Source: a virus (Duplodnaviria > Heunggongvirae > Uroviricota > Caudoviricetes). From it: a stretch of 12,209 nucleotides of DNA. Numbering within the stretch: position 1 is the first letter of the stretch; the number at the start of each line of letters is the position of its first letter. The translations under genes and the position numbers were made by a program. Location: the IMG/VR virus record IMGVR_UViG_2531839468_000024, one strand, 5' to 3'. Shown piece by piece: positions 5,394-12,209 of this stretch. The notes below the pieces were generated by a model. The model searched no databases. It was given only the letters and a program-made list of their open reading frames with translations, and had not been told where the DNA came from.

Positions 5394-7864
5394 ATGAGTA
5401 AAGTCTTTATTTGCGCCGCTATTCCTGACGAACTGGCAACAAGGGAAGAAGGCGCTGTGGCTGTAGCCACAGCCATTGAAGCTGGCGACGAACGCCGTGC
5501 TCGAGCAAAATTTCACTGGCAGTTCCTGGAACATTATCCGGCTGCTCAGGACTGCGCTTATAAATTTATTGTCTGCGAGGATAAACCTGGCATACCCCGC
5601 CCTGCCCTCGATTCATGGGATGCTGAATATATGCAGGAAAACCGCTGGGATGAGGAGTCTGCTTCTTTTGTCCCGGTTGAGACTGAATCCGATCCGATGA
5701 ACGTCACTTTTGACAAGCTGGCCCCTGAAGTACAGAACGCTGTCATGGTTAAGTTCGACACATGTGAAAACATCACCGTTGATATGGTTATTAGCGCACA
5801 GGAATTGTTGCAGGAAGACATGGCAACATTCGACGGACATATCGTTGAAGCGTTGATGAAAATGCCAGAAGTTAACGCCATGTATCCGGAGCTTAAGTTG
5901 CACGCCATTGGGTGGGTTAAGCATAAATGTATTCCTGGTGCTAAATGGCCCGAAATTCAGGCAGAGATGCGCATCTGGAAAAAACGTCGCGAAGGTGAAC
6001 GCAAGGAAACCGGAAAATACACGTCTGTTGTTGATCTCGCCCGCGCCAGAGCCAATCAACAGTACACTGAAAATTCAACAGGAAAAATCAGCCCGGTCAT
6101 TGCTGCCATTCATCGCGAATACAAGCAGACATGGAAAACACTGGATGACGAACTGGCCTACGCTCTCTGGCCTGGTGATGTGGATGCCGGAAACATTGAC
6201 GGCAGCATCCATCGCTGGGCAAAAAAGAAGTTATCGACAACGACCGCGAAGACTGGAAGCGTATCTCGGCATCAATGCGCAAACAGCCTGATGCCCTTCG
6301 CTACGACCGCCAGACTATTTTTGGCCTTGTCCGTGAGCGTCCGATCGACATTCACAAAGATCCCATAGCACTGAACAAATATATCTGCGAATACCTGACG
6401 ACAAAGGGCGTGTTTGAGAGTGAAGAAACAGACCTGGGCACTGTTGATGTTCTCCAGTCATCAGAAACACAAACTGATGCAGTGGAAACTGAGGTATCTG
6501 ATATCCCAAAAAATGAAACCGCGCCGGAAGCTGAACCATCTGTAGAGCGTGAGGGGCCGTTCTATTTCCTCTTCGCAGATAAGGACGGAGAAAAATACGG
6601 TCGCGCAAACAAACTTTCTGGTCTGGATAAGGCACTGGCTGCTGGCGCCACTGAAATCACAAAAGAAGAATATTTTGCCCGAAAAAATGGCACATACACG
6701 GGCTTACCGCAAAATGTAGATACCGCTGAAGATTCAGAACAACCAGAGCCGATAAAAGTTACCGCTGACGAAGTAAACAAAATTATGCAGGCAGCCAATA
6801 TCAGCCAGCCTGACGCCGATAAGTTGCTTGCTGCATCACGTGGTGAATTTGTTGAAGGGATTAGTGACCCGAATGATCCGAAATGGGTTAAGGGGATCCA
6901 GACCCGCGATTCTGTGAACCAGAACCAGCATGAATCGGAACGGAACTACCAAAAAGCGGAACAAAACAGCACAAATGCGTTACAAAACGAGCCAGAAACG
7001 AAACAGCCTGAACCAGTGGCGCAACAGGAAGTGGAAAAAGTCTGCACCGCCTGCGGTCAGACCGGCGGCGGCAACTGCCCTGATTGTGGCGCGGTGATGG
7101 GCGACGCAACATACCAAGAAACATTCGATGAAGAGTATCAGGTTGAAGTTCAGGAAGATGATCCGGAGGAAATGGAAGGCGCTGAACATCCACACAAGGA
7201 GAACACTGGCGGCAATCAGCATCACAATAGCGATAATGAAACTGGCGAGACGGCAGATCACTCAATTAAGGTGAACGGTCATCACGAAATCACATCCACC
7301 AGCAGGACGTGTGACCATCTAATGATCGACCTTGAAACCATGGGAAAAAATCCTGATGCCCCGATCATCTCAATAGGTGCAATATTTTTCGATCCGCAAA
7401 CCGGAGATATGGGACCGGAATTTAGTAAGACTATCGATCTGGAAACTGCTGGCGGAGTCATTGATCGGGACACCATTAAATGGTGGCTTAAGCAATCACG
7501 CGAAGCGCAATCTGCCATTATGACCGATGAAATCCCGTTAGATGATGCACTGTTACAATTGCGGGAATTTATCGACGAAAACTCCGGTGAATTTTTTGTT
7601 CAGGTTTGGGGAAATGGAGCCAACTTCGACAACACGATTTTGCGCCGTTCATACGAACGGCAGGGGATCCCCTGCCCGTGGCGTTACTACAACGATCGCG
7701 ATGTACGCACAATCGTTGAGCTGGGGAAAGCCATAGACTTCGATGCCAGAACGGCTATTCCATTCGAAGGTGAGCGCCATAATGCACTTGATGACGCCCG
7801 TTACCAGGCAAAATACGTTTCAGTTATCTGGCAAAAACTGATCCCGAGTCAGGCTGATTCTTAA
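5394..7864 (+). pseudogene. YdfE-like large early protein (about 820 aa if fused): unknown N-terminal region, acidic linker, C4 zinc-ribbon-like motif and C-terminal DEDDh (DnaQ-like) 3'-5' exonuclease domain; reading frame broken near 6221-6227
   Basis: Two overlapping ORFs (5394-6368 and 6275-7864); the second frame is open from 6200, and one added base in the A6 run (6221-6226) joins them. Exo motifs: DLET (about 7327-7338), NGANFDNTIL, HNALDDARYQAKY. CTACGQTGGGNCPDCG at about 7045-7092. Confidence 0.65.
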
Positions 7865-7875
7865 TGTTCAACTGT

Positions 7876-7907
7876 CGCCGGTTGTGACTGGTATTCTGCA
7901 ACCGGCG
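7876..7907 (+). other. Stem-loop (9-bp stem CGCCGGTTG / CAACCGGCG, 14-nt loop) just after the exonuclease stop
   Basis: Perfect inverted repeat 7876-7884 / 7899-7907; no following T-tract, so not a canonical intrinsic terminator. Confidence 0.3.
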
Positions 7908-7936
7908 CTCGTCTGATGTAAGAGATAAAGAAATCG

Positions 7937-8065
7937 ATGAGCGAAGTAATCATGATTGTCTCTCCCGGCAAATGGGTATCCGAAGAGCAGTTAATTGCGC
8001 TGAAAGGAATAAAAAAAGGTACGTTAAAAAAGGCCCGGGAAAAATCGTTTATGGAAGGAAGGGAA
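7937..8065 (+). pseudogene. Excisionase-like small gene, 5' fragment (interrupted by IS66-family insertion)
   Basis: ORF reads MSEVIMIVSPGKWVSEEQLIALKGIKKGTLKKAREKSFMEGRE up to the IS boundary at 8066; the same frame resumes after the IS (10773 onward) to a stop at 10893-10895. Confidence 0.5.
8058..8065. repeat. Target-site duplication, left copy (GAAGGGAA)
   Basis: Identical 8-mer directly flanks both IS ends (8058-8065 and 10765-10772). Confidence 0.85.
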
Positions 8066-8148
8066 GTAACCGGCTCATTTAAACCGTCTGGTCTGTTTCC
8101 TCCGGCTCTACAAAAATAATGTCCATCATTTTTAATGGACACTATCGT

Positions 8149-8331
8149 ATGAAACACCGGACCTGGATCACTGAAGCTTTACGTCTTCACTTTGAAGAAC
8201 ATTTACCCCGGGTTGTGGCCGGGCGTCGCCTGAGTGTACCAAAATCAACAGTTTGTAGTATGTTCGTGCGCTTTCGGAGAGCTGGCCTTTCGGTGGCCTT
8301 TGCCCGCAGGCATGTCGGAGCAGGAACTTGA
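8149..8331 (+). CDS. IS-internal upstream ORF of unknown role (HTH-like basic peptide)
   Basis: ATG at 8149 (the track begins at 8119); MKHRTWITEALRLHFEEHLPRVVAGRRLSVPKSTV...; its stop overlaps an ATG at 8331 (TGATG). May be an accessory ORF or chance ORF within the IS left arm. Confidence 0.25.
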   Translation: MKHRTWITEALRLHFEEHLPRVVAGRRLSVPKSTVCSMFVRFRRAGLSVAFARRHVGAGT

Positions 8332-8461
8332 TGCCTGCCTATACGGACAATTTTTCCACGGTACCAGTCGTACGTCCTGAAAGCACCGTTATATCCGAAG
8401 CCCCCGAGGTAAAAAACGTCCCCGGCGGCCCAACTTCCCTTATGAGTTTAAAATCGCCTTA

Positions 8462-8797
8462 GTGGAGCAGTCACTACAGCCCGGAGCCTGTGTGGCGCAG
8501 ATCGCCCGGGAAAACGGAATCAACGATAACCTGCTCTTCAACTGGCGCCATCAATACCGGAAAGGTGGCCTGCTGCCTTCCGGAGAAAATATGCCGGCAC
8601 TGCTTCCCGTGACGTTAACGCCGGAGCCGGATAATAAAATCCCGGCCCCCGCACAGGAACCAGAGCAGATAAATACACCGTCCGACAGTCTGTGTTGTGA
8701 GCTGGTTCTGCCGGCCGGAACTCTCAGGCTTAAAGGTAAACTGACGCCGGCGTTATTACAGACACTTATCCGCGAAATAAAAGGGAGCAGCCACTGA
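8462..8797 (+). CDS. tnpA: IS66-family TnpA (orf1); conserved coding appears to extend upstream of the first in-frame start
   Basis: The first standard start in frame is GTG at 8462, but the same frame is open from 8381 and encodes KKRPRRPNFPYEFKIALVEQSLQPGACVAQIARENGINDNLLFNWRHQYRKG, matching the RRR-x-S-x-EFK...LF-WR-Q pattern I recall for IS66 TnpA. Confidence 0.6.
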   Translation: MEQSLQPGACVAQIARENGINDNLLFNWRHQYRKGGLLPSGENMPALLPVTLTPEPDNKIPAPAQEPEQINTPSDSLCCELVLPAGTLRLKGKLTPALLQTLIREIKGSSH

Positions 8798-9144
8798 TGA
8801 TATCTCTCCCTGCAGGTTCGCGTATCTGGCTGGTTGCAGGTATCACCGATATGCGAAATGGCTTTAACGGCCTGGCATCAAAAGTTCAGAACGTCCTGAA
8901 GGATGACCCGTTCTCCGGACACCTGTTCATCTTCCGCGGACGCCGGGGTGACCAGATAAAAGTGTTGTGGGCTGACAGTGACGGACTGTGCCTCTTCACC
9001 AAACGCCTGGAGCGGGGCCGCTTCGTCTGGCCAGTCACCCGTGACGGCAAGGTGCACCTTACTCCGGCTCAGTTATCCATGCTTCTTGAAGGTATCAACT
9101 GGAAGCACCCGAAACGAACGGAACGCGCTGGAATCCGCATATAA
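8797..9144 (+). CDS. tnpB: IS66-family TnpB (orf2)
   Basis: 115 aa, MISLPAGSRIWLVAGITDMRNGFNGLA...GHLFIFRGRRGDQIKVLWADSDGLCLFTKRLERGRF, the characteristic IS66 orf2 sequence; start overlaps the tnpA stop. Confidence 0.85.
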   Translation: MISLPAGSRIWLVAGITDMRNGFNGLASKVQNVLKDDPFSGHLFIFRGRRGDQIKVLWADSDGLCLFTKRLERGRFVWPVTRDGKVHLTPAQLSMLLEGINWKHPKRTERAGIRI

Positions 9145-9163
9145 CCCGTTGTAAAGTGAGGAT

Positions 9164-10734
9164 ATGGACACCTCACTTGCTCATGAGAACGCCCGCCTGC
9201 GGGCACTGTTGCAGACGCAACAGGACACCATCCGCCAGATGGCTGAATACAACCGCCTGCTCTCACAGCGGGTGGCGGCTTATGCTTCCGAAATCAACCG
9301 GCTGAAGGCGCTGGTTGCGAAACTGCAACGTATGCAGTTCGGTAAAAGCTCAGAAAAACTTCGTGCAAAAACCGAACGGCAGATACAGGAAGCACAGGAG
9401 CGAATCAGCGCACTTCAGGAAGAAATGGCGGAAACGCTGGGTGAGCAATATGACCCGGTACTGCCATCCGCCCTGCGCCAGTCTTCAGCCCGTAAACCGT
9501 TACCGGCCTCACTTCCCCGTGAAACCCGGGTTATCCGGCCGGAAGAGGAATGCTGTCCTGCCTGTGGTGGTGAACTCAGTTCTCTGGGATGTGATGTGTC
9601 AGAGCAACTGGAGCTTATCAGCAGCGCCTTTAAGGTTATCGAAACACAACGTCCGAAACAGGCCTGTTGCCGGTGCGACCATATCGTGCAGGCACCAGTA
9701 CCTTCAAAACCCATTGCACGCAGTTATGCCGGAGCGGGGCTTCTGGCCCATGTTGTCACCGGGAAATATGCAGACCATCTGCCGTTATACCGCCAGTCAG
9801 AAATATACCGTCGTCAGGGAGTGGAGCTGAGCCGTGCCACACTGGGGCGCTGGACAGGTGCTGTTGCTGAACTGCTGGAGCCGCTGTATGACGTCCTGCG
9901 CCAGTATGTGCTGATGCCCGGTAAAGTCCATGCTGATGATATCCCCGTCCCGGTCCAGGAGCCGGGCAGCGGTAAAACCCGGACAGCCCGGCTGTGGGTC
10001 TACGTCCGTGATGACCGTAACGCCGGTTCACAGATGCCCCCGGCGGTCTGGTTCGCGTACAGTCCGGACCGGAAAGGTATCCATCCACAAAATCACCTGG
10101 CCGGTTACAGCGGTGTGCTTCAGGCCGATGCTTACGGTGGTTACCGGGCGTTATACGAATCCGGCAGAATAACGGAAGCCGCGTGTATGGCTCATGCCCG
10201 GAGAAAATCCACGATGTGCATGCAAGAGCGCCCACCTACATCACCACGGAAGCCCTGCAGCGTATCGGTGAACTGTATGCCATCGAGGCAGAGGTCCGGG
10301 GCTGTTCAGCAGAACAGCGTCTGGCGGCAAGAAAAGCCAGAGCCGCGCCACTGATGCAGTCACTGTATGACTGGATACAGCAACAGATGAAAACACTGTC
10401 GCGTCACTCAGATACGGCAAAAGCGTTCGCATACCTGCTGAAACAGTGGGATGCACTGAACGTGTACTGCAGTAATGGCTGGGTGGAAATCGACAACAAC
10501 ATCGCAGAGAACGCCTTACGGGGAGTGGCCGTAGGCCGGAAAAACTGGATGTTCGCGGGTTCCGACAGCGGTGGTGAACATGCGGCGGTGTTGTACTCGC
10601 TGATCGGCACATGCCGTCTGAACAATGTGGAGCCAGAAAAGTGGCTGCGTTACGTCATTGAACATATCCAGGACTGGCCGGCAAACCGGGTACGCGATCT
10701 GTTGCCCTGGAAAGTTGATCTGAGCTCTCAGTAA
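9164..10734 (+). pseudogene. tnpC: IS66-family TnpC transposase, frameshifted (two ORFs, 9164-10354 and 10183-10734)
   Basis: N-terminal coiled-coil/leucine-zipper-like region, CPACGG zinc-finger motif, then ...[11 protein letters not shown] in one frame continuing as IHDVHA... in the next; one added base near 10208 would restore a single reading frame of about 520 aa. Confidence 0.8.
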
Positions 10735-10764
10735 ATATCAATACGGTTCTGACGAGTCGCTTAC

Positions 10765-10772
10765 GAAGGGAA
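10765..10772. repeat. Target-site duplication, right copy (GAAGGGAA)
   Basis: Identical to 8058-8065; directly abuts the IS right end. Confidence 0.85.
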
Positions 10773-10895
10773 TATAAGCATGTCGCTCATGACGGTATGC
10801 CATGGGATAACAGTCCATGCTTTTACAACCTGGAAGAAATTGATCGCTGGATTGAGCGCCAGGCATCAGCGAGACCAAGACGTCATCTTACTTGA
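10765..10895 (+). pseudogene. Excisionase-like small gene, 3' fragment
   Basis: Frame open across the IS right boundary: ...YKHVAHDGMPWDNSPCFYNLEEIDRWIERQASARPRRHLT stop. The C-terminal EEIDRWIE resembles the W-x-EID-x-W tail of AlpA/Xis-type proteins. Joining the fragments with a single copy of the duplication gives an 83-aa protein. Confidence 0.5.
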
Positions 10896-10929
10896 CTAAA
10901 AGCCACACTAACTAATGAGAGAAGTTGAA

Positions 10930-12209
10930 ATGAAATATCCGACAGGCGTGGAAAACCATGGAGGGAAATTACGTATCTGGTTTGTTTATAAAGGCGTAAG
11001 AGTCAGGGAAAATCTGGGGGTTCCTGACACAGCAAAAAACAGGCACGTTGCAGGTGAACTACGCTCCTCTGTTTGTTACGCAATAAAAACTGGTGTTTTC
11101 GACTATGCAAAACAGTTTCCCTCCTCACGCAATCTGGAAAAATTTGGTGAGGCCCGACAAGATTTAACCATAAAAGAACTGGCTGAAAAATTTCTGGCAC
11201 TGAAAGAAACTGAAGTCGCCAAAACATCACTCAACACATACCGTGCCGTCATCAAAAATATCCTGAGCATAATCGGTGAAAAAAATCTTGCCTCATCGAT
11301 TAATAAAGAAAAATTACTGGAGGTTCGTAAAGAGCTACTGACTGGATACCAGATCCCCAAAAGTAACTATATTGTTACACAACCAGGGAGATCGGCTGTA
11401 ACTGTAAATAATTACATGACAAATCTTAACGCCGTGTTCCAGTTTGGTGTTGATAACGGTTACCTGCCAGATAATCCGTTTAAGGGGATCTCGCCATTAA
11501 AGGAATCAAGAACCATTCCGGATCCTCTTTCGCGGGAGGAATTTATCCGTCTTATCGATGCGTGCAGAAATCAGCAAGCAAAAAATATATGGTGTGTTTC
11601 TGTTTATACTGGCGTTCGCCCTGGTGAGCTGTGTGCACTTGGATGGGAGGACATAGATCTGAAAAATGGAACAATGATGATCAGGAGAAATTTAGCAAAA
11701 GACCGTTTCACGGTACCAAAAACACAGGCGGGAACCAATCGGGTCATTCATCTTATTAAGCCAGCAATCGACGCTCTCCGGAGTCAGATGACATTAACGA
11801 GACTGAGCAAAGAGCATATCATTGATGTTCACCTCAGAGAGTATGGCAGAACAGAAAAACAAAAATGCACCTTTGTTTTTCAACCTGAAGTGTCAGCGAG
11901 AGTAAAAATTATGGTGACCATTTTACCGTTGACTCAATAAGGCAGATGTGGGACGCAGCGATAAAACGTGCCGGACTCCGCCATCGAAAATCATATCAGT
12001 CGAGACATACTTATGCCTGCTGGTCGCTGACAGCTGGTGCTAACCCGGCATTTATAGCAAACCAGATGGGCCATGCAGATGCGCAAATGGTATTTCAGGT
12101 ATACGGAAAATGGATGTCTGAAAACAATAATGCACAGGTAGCTTTGTTAAATACACAGTTAAGCGAGTTTGCCCCAACCATGCCCCATAACGAAGCAATG
12201 AAAAATTAA
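10930..12209 (+). pseudogene. int: Lambda-family tyrosine integrase, frame broken at an A5 run (11904-11908)
   Basis: Two ORFs (10915-11940 and 11946-12209); the downstream frame is open from 11889 and carries the catalytic HxxR (SRHTYA), second His (GHAD) and Tyr (VYGKW) region; the N-terminus PTGVE...LRIWFVYKGVRVRE is typical of lambdoid integrases. Confidence 0.8.

Larger units (their letters stand above)
8066..10764 (+). mobile_element. IS66-family insertion sequence (2,699 bp) with imperfect terminal inverted repeats beginning GTAA and an 8-bp target-site duplication
   Basis: Left end GTAACCGGCTCATTTAAACCGT... (8066 onward); reverse complement of right end GTAAGCGACTCGTCAGAACCGT... (to 10764); about 17 of the first 26 positions match. 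Internal tnpA-tnpB-tnpC arrangement with TGATG coupling of tnpA/tnpB and a 19-bp gap before tnpC, as known for IS66-family elements. Confidence 0.85.

Noticed and set aside
5558-6059. Minus-strand ORFs 5558-5908 and 5613-6059 inside the exonuclease gene
   Set aside because: Antisense to a gene with clear domain content, compositionally odd, no start signals; typical shadow ORFs.
6888-7518. Minus-strand ORFs 6888-7265, 6980-7261 and 7282-7518
   Set aside because: Antisense shadow ORFs within the exonuclease coding region.
5394-7864. Calling the large exonuclease gene recE (exonuclease VIII)
   Set aside because: Size and position invite it, but the C-terminal domain has DEDDh (DnaQ-like) motifs rather than the lambda-exonuclease-like fold of RecE, and no recT-like gene follows; N-terminal similarity could not be verified.
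8119-8331. Independent IS481/IS3-type transposase fragment
   Set aside because: The ORF lies entirely inside the IS66 boundaries defined by the inverted repeats and target duplication, so a second IS is not needed to explain it.
9315-10625. Alternative-frame and antisense ORFs inside IS66 tnpC (for example 9315-9830 plus, 9756-10235 minus, 10241-10612 minus)
   Set aside because: They overlap the well-supported transposase frame in a GC-rich region; Arg/Pro/Ser-rich translations typical of out-of-frame reading.

Overview
The window reads as the immunity / early-left / integration arm of a degenerate lambdoid prophage of the Qin (dicBF) type from an enterobacterium, bounded on the left by a QueH-like gene and an AT-rich stretch. 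Left to right: a partial hydrophobic ORF on the minus strand (1-219); a DUF208/QueH-like gene (428-1114, minus); a 132-aa hypothetical (1291-1689, minus); an O-like replication initiator with a lambda-ori-like iteron array and AT-rich repeat tract inside its coding sequence (1730-2695, minus); a 173-aa protein at the CII position; a Cro-like DicC/YdaS-family gene; a divergent DicA-like repressor (3486-3893, plus) flanked by copies of a 13-bp operator motif; then a plus-strand operon of YdfA-like, a 121-aa hypothetical, a DicF-like sRNA, DicB-like and YdfD-like small proteins, and a roughly 820-aa YdfE-like protein with a C-terminal DEDDh 3'-5' exonuclease domain (broken into two frames). An IS66-family element (8066-10764) with imperfect GTAA-initiated terminal inverted repeats and a perfect 8-bp target-site duplication (GAAGGGAA) has split a small excisionase-like gene just upstream of a tyrosine integrase. 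The integrase, the IS66 transposase and the exonuclease gene each carry an apparent single-base frameshift in or next to a short A/T run, which could be real decay or sequencing error. No helicase loader, lysis or structural genes are present. All gene-family names rest on recognising motifs and recalled family features by eye; no database search was possible.
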